The notes under the pieces are model-generated. The model saw only the letters and a program-made list of their open reading frames with translations. It searched no databases and was not told where the DNA came from. The position numbers and the translations under genes are program-made. A stretch of DNA of 64,000 nt from a virus: positions 1 to 64,000 of the IMG/VR virus record IMGVR_UViG_3300005613_000009; one strand, written 5' to 3'. Of this stretch, positions 29,208 through 37,395 are shown piece by piece (positions within the stretch are counted from its first letter, which is position 1; each line of letters starts with the position of its first letter).

Positions 29208-29615
29208 CTATTTGTAAAACATGACCGATACTTTAGCGGCACTTTCGGAAATAATTCCGATAGTTGCTGAATCTAAATAACGAACAGACGGATTTAGCTC
29301 AGATCCTGTTCCGTCCGTAGTGTCTCCAGCAGGAATAGCTGCAACACCACCAATTTTTACCCATATATCAGCATCAGCACAAAATACTGCAAATTTCGCT
29401 CCTGTTGGAGCTGTAACTGCTTTATTCGTATTTATAGTTAAGACATATGTGTTTATATAACCTTGCTGAATAGCAAAATTTGTATCAGGAGTTGTTGCAA
29501 CATCTTCATCAATAACGGATGAAAACTTTTTGTAACTGACAAAAGGATCTAAAGCCCATACATTTCCGGCTAAGAAGAATAGACACAAAGCAAAAATGGT
29601 CAGATTTTTTTTCAT
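29208..29615 (-). CDS. Signal-peptide protein, possible head decoration-like fold
   Basis: MKKNLTIFALCLFFLAGNVWA-LD; AAIPAGDTTDGTGSELNPSVR. Confidence 0.7.
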   Translation of the reverse strand: MKKNLTIFALCLFFLAGNVWALDPFVSYKKFSSVIDEDVATTPDTNFAIQQGYINTYVLTINTNKAVTAPTGAKFAVFCADADIWVKIGGVAAIPAGDTTDGTGSELNPSVRYLDSATIGIISESAAKVSVMFYK

Positions 29616-29664
29616 AATTATACCTCTTTGTGGAAAAAATTTACTAAAATCTATTCTCTATCGA

Positions 29665-29976
29665 CTAATCCTTTTTGTTATCTGTAGCTGAAGGTTTATC
29701 GATATTGTTGTTAAAAAACATTATCTCTTCCTTGGGTTTTGTTTGTGTATCCAACGATTTTTCTTCGAATGATTCTTTACGAACTTTTTTCTCTTTTACA
29801 GGTTTTTTCTCTTTTTTGATCGGTTTTATATTCTGTTTTTCGTCTGTTTTTGGTGGACGACCACGTTTTACATCAGGTAATTTTTCCGTGTATTTACCTG
29901 TAGCCAAAGCCGTTTTGATATCTACTGCATGATGTATCGTAACAGGTTGTCTGTTTTGATCGTATAGAATAGCCAT
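29665..29976 (-). CDS. Lys-rich hypothetical protein (head region)
   Basis: 103 aa; KRGRPPK (AT-hook-like); SD CAGGAGG. Confidence 0.65.
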   Translation of the reverse strand: MAILYDQNRQPVTIHHAVDIKTALATGKYTEKLPDVKRGRPPKTDEKQNIKPIKKEKKPVKEKKVRKESFEEKSLDTQTKPKEEIMFFNNNIDKPSATDNKKD

Positions 29977-29997
29977 GATTAAATCCTCCTGGTAAAA

Positions 29998-31329
29998 TTA
30001 TTTTCTTATAATCTTAAGTCCAATATCTTCTATGCTTTGGACTGTTTTAATAATGGATTCAGGGATGACATATTGTTTCATCTCTGGAAAACCCATTCGA
30101 TTAAAAAGACTTGTTAAATCGTTTGTTAAGCCATTTTTAAATTTAGGATTTGTTTTCGGTAGATTGTTTTTTATTTCGTTGAAAACACGTTTTAAATCAT
30201 GTAGTTGAATCAATAAATAATGAAAATGGCAAAACCCCAATGCCTCTGGGACCTGCGTAAAAATGAATTTACTACCTTTAAGAGTTGGGTCTTTTTCATA
30301 TTGTTCATATAGCTCAATAAATCGTTTGGATCCCAATATGGTTAAATCAGCCCTTCGTTGCCATACCCCATATTCTGTTAAGGCCATAGCCATATCCAAA
30401 TCATTAGGCAATGCCTTCAATCCCATATTTAACCACTCATTAGCTTTTTCAGCGTTTTCCATGGCAACATAGCAATGAAAAATACAGTAATAAATATCAA
30501 ACATAAATTGGTTGTCTTGTGTTGCTTGGTTTTTTTGCTTTATATATTTTTCACCATATTCGATTGCTTTTTCATTTTCATTGTAGAGAGCATAATGCTG
30601 TGCTAAATAAAAATATGCCAAGTGATCATCAGGATTAATTTCAATGCGTTTTTTGAGTAAACTTTCAGTTCGTTGTCGTTTTCTCTTAGATTGTTCCGGG
30701 GTAAGATCATATCCGTAATGTCGAATAAATATATCATCGACAACAAGAGTTTTGACACCTTCTACGATTGGTTGGTTGTGAACAATACCTTCATAATGAA
30801 TTTTACCTTTTCTAAATATGCGAGAAGAATTGAATTTAAGCATAGTTTGATCTTTTTGAACATCTTCAAACAAAATGGCTAATCCGTGGATCTGGGAAGG
30901 AATATTTGCAAGAGATTTTCTGAAGCCATGGCTATTTGTTTTCATGAATAATTCTTCATCAGCATCAATAATCATTAACCAGTCAGAAGATGCATGTTGG
31001 ATAGAAAGATTGCGGTATTTTGAGAAATCATCAATGATTTCGCCTTCAAATGGATAGTTGAAAACCTTAGCACCATAGGATTCGCAAACTTTTACGGTGT
31101 TGTCCGTTGATCCTGTATCAATGATAATTATTTCATCTACATTATCCTTAACGGATTTGAGACATCGATCTATATTTTTTTCCTCATTTTTGACCATCAT
31201 ACATGCAGAGATCGTAGGCTGTTTTGGCAATTGGACGATATTGTTATGCAAGTTAACGGCTTTTTTTATCCGTTTCTTATTTGTTTTCCGTTTTCTATTC
31301 GCAATAACTTTTTGTTTATTTTTTGACAT
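29998..31329 (-). CDS. GT2 glycosyltransferase with TPR-like C-terminus, paralog A
   Basis: ISACMMVKNEE, IIDTGSTD, IIDADEE (DXD), HYGYD, helical TPR-like tail; basic N-terminal extension. Confidence 0.9.
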   Translation of the reverse strand: MSKNKQKVIANRKRKTNKKRIKKAVNLHNNIVQLPKQPTISACMMVKNEEKNIDRCLKSVKDNVDEIIIIDTGSTDNTVKVCESYGAKVFNYPFEGEIIDDFSKYRNLSIQHASSDWLMIIDADEELFMKTNSHGFRKSLANIPSQIHGLAILFEDVQKDQTMLKFNSSRIFRKGKIHYEGIVHNQPIVEGVKTLVVDDIFIRHYGYDLTPEQSKRKRQRTESLLKKRIEINPDDHLAYFYLAQHYALYNENEKAIEYGEKYIKQKNQATQDNQFMFDIYYCIFHCYVAMENAEKANEWLNMGLKALPNDLDMAMALTEYGVWQRRADLTILGSKRFIELYEQYEKDPTLKGSKFIFTQVPEALGFCHFHYLLIQLHDLKRVFNEIKNNLPKTNPKFKNGLTNDLTSLFNRMGFPEMKQYVIPESIIKTVQSIEDIGLKIIRK

Positions 31330-32589
31330 TTAAGCAGCTTTCTTTATGATTTCAGAAGTAGATAAATTATCTAGAATTAATTCATTGGACAACTTCTTTG
31401 GGTTAATATTTGCTCCAAAAGATTGCACAAGATCTTTCATGGAATTCAGATTTAAAACGACCTCAAGATCTTTTGTCATACCGTTTTTGAAATCAGGGTG
31501 AGTTTCGTTTAATATTTTATATAGATTGTTAACATTTACTAATGTTTGTTTTGCTAATACTGCAACAAGATTAAACAAGACAAAAGACACTGATTCAGGA
31601 GAAAGGCTATATATGAATCGGCTCCCTCTCAAATCAGGATTTGCTTGAAATCGTTCGTAAAGATTCAAGAAATTCCTTGCGCCATTTAAAACCATAAGTT
31701 CGTTTTGTTGCCATGCCCCAAACTCTACAATACATCGGGCAACATCGATGTCTGTTGGTAATTCCTCGGATCCTATTTTGAGCCATTCTTGAGTTTTTTC
31801 GACATTTCGCAAATTAATATATGAGTGAATCATTGTGTAGTAGATAGACGACATAAATTGTTTTTCTTTTATTGCCTGATCTTTATACTTAATATATTTT
31901 TCACCATAGTTGACTGCATTTATAAAGTCTCTATTGGCTGCGTAATATTGGTTTAGATAAAAATATGCCATATAATCATCTGGATTTTCCTTGATACGCT
32001 TTTCTAACAGGGTTTTGGTCCGAATGTTTTTCTTTTCTCTTTCTTCTGGCGTTAGATCATATCCGTAGTGTTTAATAAATGCTTTGTCTGTAAACTTTGT
32101 ACTATTCTCAGAAATATTAGGTTGATTATGGACCGAATCTTTATATCGAATAGCACCATTTCGAAAAAGACGAGATGATACGAATTCAACAACTTTCATA
32201 TTTTTCTGCATATCATTTACTATAATCGCAGCACCTAAATATTTACTGGAAAGATCAAAAAGATATTGTTTAAAAGCAGTCGGAGTTATATTGGATAAAT
32301 AGAATTCTTCATCAGCATCGATAATCAAAATCCATTCAGATGTGGCATAACTAATAGATTGATTTCGATGTAGGCTAAAATCGTTCATCCATGGATGTGA
32401 ATAAACTTTTGCGCCGAATTGTTTACAAATGTTTGGAGAAGTATCTTTCGAACCGGTATCAACAACAATAATTTCGTCAGCAATTTCCTTAATTGACGAC
32501 AAACATCGATGAAGGTTTTTTTCCTCATCTCGGACCATCATACAAACCGAAAGCGTATTGTTTCGAAAGGCTTCACTCATTCCAAACAT
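31330..32589 (-). CDS. GT2 glycosyltransferase with TPR-like C-terminus, paralog B
   Basis: LSVCMMVRDEE, VVDTGSKD, IIDADEE, HYGYD; tandem paralog of A. Confidence 0.9.
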   Translation of the reverse strand: MFGMSEAFRNNTLSVCMMVRDEEKNLHRCLSSIKEIADEIIVVDTGSKDTSPNICKQFGAKVYSHPWMNDFSLHRNQSISYATSEWILIIDADEEFYLSNITPTAFKQYLFDLSSKYLGAAIIVNDMQKNMKVVEFVSSRLFRNGAIRYKDSVHNQPNISENSTKFTDKAFIKHYGYDLTPEEREKKNIRTKTLLEKRIKENPDDYMAYFYLNQYYAANRDFINAVNYGEKYIKYKDQAIKEKQFMSSIYYTMIHSYINLRNVEKTQEWLKIGSEELPTDIDVARCIVEFGAWQQNELMVLNGARNFLNLYERFQANPDLRGSRFIYSLSPESVSFVLFNLVAVLAKQTLVNVNNLYKILNETHPDFKNGMTKDLEVVLNLNSMKDLVQSFGANINPKKLSNELILDNLSTSEIIKKAA

Positions 32590-32612
32590 TCTCCATTTTT
32601 CGATGTTTTTAT

Positions 32613-32656
32613 AAAAAACTGTCTGGTTGCGGTCAAAAGACCGCAGTAACCAGACA
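32613..32656 (-). terminator. Intrinsic terminator after capsid cement gene
   Basis: mRNA TGTCTGGTT(AC)TGCGGTC-TTTT-GACCGCA-ACCAGACA followed by GTTTTTT. Confidence 0.75.
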
Positions 32657-32673
32657 AAATAATGGGCTAATAT

Positions 32674-33117
32674 TTATGCACGGCCTTTGGCCATTTGAGC
32701 GGTATATGTAATACCAGTACCAGTAGTTCCGGTTACAGTTGTATAGATCCGAAGATACCGATAAACAGTATCAGAGAACATATTACTCCAGAACATCTTA
32801 TAAAGTCCGGCTGCATCACTTCTGGTTGCCTTATTTGCACTTGAACCTCCAAGCTCTATAGTCGCCAGAGTAACAATAGGTGTGGCGAAAGTTGAACTTG
32901 CGGAACCCTGTAGGGAAATCTCATACAGAATGTCACCAGTGGATGAAGTTCCATCAATTGCACTTACATAAATATCAACAAGCCCAGTTGTGTATCCGCC
33001 ACCTGTATCAAAAATTTTTGCGACAGCATCTACCGAGGCCAATGCACTTGATGTAACAGCGTAAGAATCTTTCATCTCACATTCTGCATCCCAGATTATT
33101 TTTCTATTATCTAACAT
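32674..33117 (-). CDS. Capsid cement/decoration protein (Bbp16-like)
   Basis: 147 aa directly after MCP; beta-rich, Ser/Thr-rich, YRYLRIYTTVTGT end motif. Confidence 0.65.
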   Translation of the reverse strand: MLDNRKIIWDAECEMKDSYAVTSSALASVDAVAKIFDTGGGYTTGLVDIYVSAIDGTSSTGDILYEISLQGSASSTFATPIVTLATIELGGSSANKATRSDAAGLYKMFWSNMFSDTVYRYLRIYTTVTGTTGTGITYTAQMAKGRA

Positions 33118-33187
33118 ATTGGAATCTCCTTTGTTAAAAGAGTTATATAGTTAAAACAGGTTACCTGCTTTGTATATGGACCAAATC

Positions 33188-34117
33188 TTACGCAGCTACA
33201 GTACCATCAATAACACTCCATAGTCTGGCTGCTGCTTTTGGACGCATGATAGACATAGTGATATACCATTCAACCCTGGTCCGAAAAACCGGTTTTTCAT
33301 CGATTTCACCCAAATCCCTAACGTCCATTTCGCCATTTTGAAGGCCAACAACCCCTGTATCATCGAGAGATACACAATAAATCGATGTACTATTCAAATG
33401 GGAATTACTGTTGGTTTCTGTAAACGGCATAATATCGGTATTGGTATTATCTTTATCAACAATAAGAATAGGCAAATCATTGAATTTGGTAACCCTATGT
33501 CCAAAAGAATCTTGATCATAAGTGATATATCCGCCGACAGAAGCACTTCTTGAAGCAGCACTTAATCGCCGTCTCATGGTTTTATTCATAATCAAATGGG
33601 TAGGATCCTCGACCGCATCAATCAACTCATCAAGTTTAGTCAATGAAAGTACAACGCCACTACTAGCACTGGCTGCAATCAATTGATCACCTGTACAACG
33701 TACTTGAAGACCGTCAAACCCTTTTGGATCAGAAGTTACATCACCTTTAATAAACTCTTTGGTCATTGCCAGTGATATTGCTTTGATCTTCATTGATTCC
33801 TGTGTTGCTCTTTGATCAATACCGCCTGTTTTTACCAACATAACGTCAACATCAAGGTCACCACCTGCAATAGCCAGAGACTCCGTAACCCTCTCAGTCT
33901 CACCAGTTCCTTCGGTATAACTCTCGTTTACGCCACGAAACCCGGCGTTCGGCAATGTTTTTTCACGGTTGAAAGACAAAGCATTTCCATCGATGTTGTC
34001 AAAAGGCATATACTGAAGGATATCGGAATTTTTCGCATAAAGTTCCATTACCGATGCCCTAAGTGCTTCATCTCTTCCAAGAGCAATTTTTGCTGATTCT
34101 ACTAATGTTAATGCCAT
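33188..34117 (-). CDS. Major capsid protein
   Basis: Start MALTLVES at 34117 (SD ACAGGAGG), 309 aa; YNRE-like SFNREKTLP, FDGL, RTRVEWY motifs; follows the scaffold gene. Confidence 0.88.
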   Translation of the reverse strand: MALTLVESAKIALGRDEALRASVMELYAKNSDILQYMPFDNIDGNALSFNREKTLPNAGFRGVNESYTEGTGETERVTESLAIAGGDLDVDVMLVKTGGIDQRATQESMKIKAISLAMTKEFIKGDVTSDPKGFDGLQVRCTGDQLIAASASSGVVLSLTKLDELIDAVEDPTHLIMNKTMRRRLSAASRSASVGGYITYDQDSFGHRVTKFNDLPILIVDKDNTNTDIMPFTETNSNSHLNSTSIYCVSLDDTGVVGLQNGEMDVRDLGEIDEKPVFRTRVEWYITMSIMRPKAAARLWSVIDGTVAA

Positions 34118-34156
34118 TGATAGTTCCTCCTGTTTCAGGTTAGAATCTGTTTGGAC

Positions 34157-34204
34157 AAAAAAAAGGCCAAACAAGTTTATAAAAGATTAACTTTCTTTGG
34201 CCTT
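34157..34204 (-). terminator. Intrinsic terminator in the capsid leader
   Basis: mRNA AAGGCCAAA.AAG...CTT.TTTGGCC followed by U8, between scaffold stop and MCP start. Confidence 0.75.
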
Positions 34205-34216
34205 CACAGGAGGCTC
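34199..34216 (-). promoter_or_regulatory. Leader hairpin box copy 1 (GAGCCT-CCTGTGA-AGGCC)
   Basis: Overlaps the terminator 5' arm; CCTCCTGT is the exact complement of the MCP SD ACAGGAGG (34126-34133). Confidence 0.6.
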
Positions 34217-34264
34217 GTACTTAACTTTTTTTGGCCCAGAAAAAATCGAATGTAGATAATGCAC

Positions 34265-35086
34265 TTATGCTGCTTGTTGACGATGTAGATGTTTTAAACG
34301 TTCCGTAGGAGATAGTTTACTCAAATGGTCTCTTACCTCTTTTTGGTTTGTTGACGTATTACCACCAGCACCGGAACCTCCACCTGTCACACGCATAATT
34401 CGATCTTTCATGGGATACGCATCGATGACAACGCCCAAAGCTTCTTCAAAATCTGCGATTTCGCCTGGTTGTTCTTTGGAAAAGATTTTTTCTCCATTGA
34501 TATAACCAACGACACGCGCATTTGCACCTTCGCCTTCTACTTTAAAATTTTTCGAAAAGTAGTTTGCAGCAATATCGGATGGTAAGGTTGTCTTATCTGC
34601 AATCGTAGGAGAGCTCGCAAAACGAGAATTAACCATTAATTCATAAATAGTTTCGTCTTTGGAACCAAGTGCATTGTTTAACTGTCCCATTTTCTTTTCC
34701 CAAGACCTATTAATTTCGCCCTCTTTTTCTACAAATGCCTTATGCATTTCGGCTTTTAGTGTTTCTACCTGGCCTGCTTTGACAAGATCACCATCCTTTA
34801 AATTTGCAACTGTTTCAAGAGCTTTTTTGGCTTCGGCAGGATCTAAATCCTCAAACTCTTTCAATTTTTCATTGATTTGTTCGGGATCCATTTCACCATA
34901 AAGTTTCAGCTTCTCGCTGGCTTCTTTATAATTGGTATAGTGCCGATTTTTTTCATCAGCTAAATTAGAAATCTTACTGACTGCAGCCTGTGCGTCAAAC
35001 GGTACTTCTTGTCCATCATCATGTATATAAATTGGTTTACCTTCAACTATGACTGCATTTCCGTTCTCATCGAGTTTAAGTTCCAT
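34265..35086 (-). CDS. Capsid scaffolding protein (DUF6651-like)
   Basis: MELKLDENGNAVIVEGKPIYIHDDGQEVPFDA, coiled coil, GGGSGAGG linker, LSPTERL end; upstream of MCP. Confidence 0.8.
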   Translation of the reverse strand: MELKLDENGNAVIVEGKPIYIHDDGQEVPFDAQAAVSKISNLADEKNRHYTNYKEASEKLKLYGEMDPEQINEKLKEFEDLDPAEAKKALETVANLKDGDLVKAGQVETLKAEMHKAFVEKEGEINRSWEKKMGQLNNALGSKDETIYELMVNSRFASSPTIADKTTLPSDIAANYFSKNFKVEGEGANARVVGYINGEKIFSKEQPGEIADFEEALGVVIDAYPMKDRIMRVTGGGSGAGGNTSTNQKEVRDHLSKLSPTERLKHLHRQQAA

Positions 35087-35108
35087 GGCATCACGCCTCC
35101 TGTTTAAT

Positions 35109-35122
35109 TTGACTCACGTCAA
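35109..35122. promoter_or_regulatory. Palindrome TTGAC-N4-GTCAA upstream of the scaffold SD
   Basis: Perfect 5-bp inverted repeat; GTGA (GNRA) loop on the mRNA strand. Confidence 0.4.
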
Positions 35123-35317
35123 GTTTCAAAATTATAAAACATACCTCTTAGTTAGTATTAGTTAATAAGTTTATTAATCACTATTTCCTTTAGCGAACTT
35201 TTATCACAAAAGTTACTGAAATAGACTTCCTTAACCTTATGAAATATAATTACCTAAAGAATTTAATAGCGTTAGTTATTTTATGGTTACAATAAAAATT
35301 TAAAAAGTCAATTGCCA

Positions 35318-35356
35318 TTTTGGGATATTTTGTCCTCTTTTGGAATATTCATGTCC
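35318..35356. repeat. Tandem operator-like repeat in the divergent intergenic region
   Basis: TTTTGGGATATTTTGTCC (35318-35) and TTTTGGAATATTCATGTCC (35338-56), 20 bp apart. Confidence 0.5.
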
Positions 35357-35449
35357 ATTCTACTGTTATAAAGCCATATCCAGTATTGACATTAACAATA
35401 GATATCATTTATGTTAGTAAAAACCCAAAATCATACAAGGGATATAGCT

Positions 35450-35971
35450 ATGCCAGAAAAATCCGAAAAAGCCCTACTTAAAACCAATAAAGACTTTCAT
35501 GTTGCAAACAAGAATAGCAAAAGTCAAAAACAGCTAAACTATAATCAAAGAATGTTTTTATTATGTTTTCCCAAAAGTGGGTTTAATATTGCAAAGACAT
35601 GCAGGATTATAGGAATTACAAGGAAGATGTTTAAGAAGTGGCTTAGGGAAAATTCTTTGTTTAAAGAAAAATTTGAGGATTCCAATGAAGAGCAACTTGA
35701 TTTTGTTGAATCGGTTTTATTTCAAAACATTCAACATCAAAATAAGTTTGTATCGAATGTTGCAACAATCTTTTACCTGAAAACAAAAGGAAAGAAACGT
35801 GGCTACATAGAACGTCCGGAATTGAATATCAATCTAAATGATAAAAGAAGCAAAGATGAGATTGACGCTATCGTTCGAGCTGCAGAACAAACAGACGATA
35901 TCGTAATTGATGCTCAAGTTGTTCAAGAAACAACACCGAATGTTCAAATTCCTGAAAACTCAGAATCTTAG
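35450..35971 (+). CDS. terS: Terminase small subunit (HTH type)
   Basis: NIAKTCRIIGITRKMFKKW HTH; ATIFYLKTKGKKRGY motif; upstream of terL. Start MPEKS after SD AAGGG (track start 35411). Confidence 0.75.
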   Translation: MPEKSEKALLKTNKDFHVANKNSKSQKQLNYNQRMFLLCFPKSGFNIAKTCRIIGITRKMFKKWLRENSLFKEKFEDSNEEQLDFVESVLFQNIQHQNKFVSNVATIFYLKTKGKKRGYIERPELNINLNDKRSKDEIDAIVRAAEQTDDIVIDAQVVQETTPNVQIPENSES

Positions 35972-35982
35972 AATAGAAAAAA

Positions 35983-37371
35983 ATGGCACTAACAGAACAA
36001 GAACAATCCAATTTAGCTAATGATTTCGCTTTTTCGCGATTGTTGTCTTATACAAGACTCCAATGGCAAAACTACATAATTGGACAACATCATGCTTTGA
36101 TTGCGAAATACCTTGAAGCAGTTGAGGCCGGAATAATTACTCGTTTAATGATTTGTATGCCACCAAGACATGGCAAAACCATGTTGACATCCGAATACTT
36201 TCCTGCCTGGTATCTTGGCCGAAACCCTGATCAACAGATTATCTTTTGTACTTATTCTCAAGAAAGGAGTGCTGATGTTGGAAAAAGAGTCAGGAATCAA
36301 ATGATTGATACCAGTAGATTCCAAGCTGTTTTTCCAAGATGCAAAGTTGCAAAAGACAGCAAGAGCGTTAGCAAGGTAGGAACCACAGACGGTGGAAATT
36401 TTTTCGCTGTAGGTATTGGTAGCGCTATTACGGGTCGTGGGGCGAATGTCCTAATTTTAGATGATGTTATAAAAGGCCAAGAAGAAGCAGAATCAAATCT
36501 TTTCCGTACAAAGATGAAAGACTGGTATCAAACTACTGCATATACACGACTAATGCCTAAAAATGCAGTAATTATTATCAATACCAGATGGCATTTGGAT
36601 GATCTTAGTGGTTGGCTACTCAGAGAACATCCGGATGAAAATTGGGTTGTTTTGAGTCTGCCAGCTATTGCAGAGAATGAAAATGATTTATTGAAACGTA
36701 GAGTTGGAGAACCACTTTGGCCTGAAGCCTATGACCTTAAACGATTGTTTAGTATAAAAAGTGCAATCGGAACCCGTGCATGGAATGCATTATATCAACA
36801 AAATCCGGTAGGTCGTGAAGGAAGTATTATTCAACTGGAATGGTTGAAACATTATACAAAAACACCTGATAAATTTAAACGTATTGTTCAAAGTTGGGAT
36901 ACAGCATTTAAACCGAAACAAGTCAATGATCCGTCTGTCTGCATTACATTCGGCGAGACTAAATCAAAGACCTATGTTCTGGATGTATTCAAGAAACGAC
37001 TTAAATATCCAGATTTGAAAAAAGCGGCAATAGCACAATACGAAAAGTGGGATCCTAATGTTATTATATGTGAAGACAAAGCAAGCGGACAAAGTTTGAT
37101 TCAAGATTTACAGGATAACTCAATGGTTCCAATTATTCCTATTTTACCTGAATCTGATAAATTAACACGCATGTCTGCTCAATCCGGTAAGATAGAAGCT
37201 GGTCGTTTATATCTTCCTGAAAAAGCATCATGGCTAGTCGATTATGAATCAGAATTATGTAATTTTCCGTTCGGACAGTTTGACGACCAAGTCGACGCTA
37301 CTAGTCAATATCTAAAATATTCATCAAAACCAAAATATAAACGATCAAAGAGGGCTTCATTCTGGAAATAA
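35983..37371 (+). CDS. terL: Terminase large subunit
   Basis: Walker A PPRHGKT, Walker B ILDDVIKG, nuclease motifs QSWDTA and DDQVDATSQ. Confidence 0.95.
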   Translation: MALTEQEQSNLANDFAFSRLLSYTRLQWQNYIIGQHHALIAKYLEAVEAGIITRLMICMPPRHGKTMLTSEYFPAWYLGRNPDQQIIFCTYSQERSADVGKRVRNQMIDTSRFQAVFPRCKVAKDSKSVSKVGTTDGGNFFAVGIGSAITGRGANVLILDDVIKGQEEAESNLFRTKMKDWYQTTAYTRLMPKNAVIIINTRWHLDDLSGWLLREHPDENWVVLSLPAIAENENDLLKRRVGEPLWPEAYDLKRLFSIKSAIGTRAWNALYQQNPVGREGSIIQLEWLKHYTKTPDKFKRIVQSWDTAFKPKQVNDPSVCITFGETKSKTYVLDVFKKRLKYPDLKKAAIAQYEKWDPNVIICEDKASGQSLIQDLQDNSMVPIIPILPESDKLTRMSAQSGKIEAGRLYLPEKASWLVDYESELCNFPFGQFDDQVDATSQYLKYSSKPKYKRSKRASFWK

Positions 37372-37395
37372 TCTTTTAAGAAAAAGGGGAGTATT

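Noticed and set aside
33145-33170. CAGG-TAA-CCTG palindrome after MCP as a terminator
   Set aside because: The 4-bp stem is too weak and the U-tract is short.
34118-34174. Extended MCP N-terminus from the track start at 34174
   Set aside because: It runs through the terminator U-tract. ATG 34117 has a strong SD and a typical MALTL start.
35280-35410. Specific sigma70 promoters for terS and scaffold
   Set aside because: TTGACA and TTGACT hexamers are present but no convincing -10 at 16-18 bp spacing.
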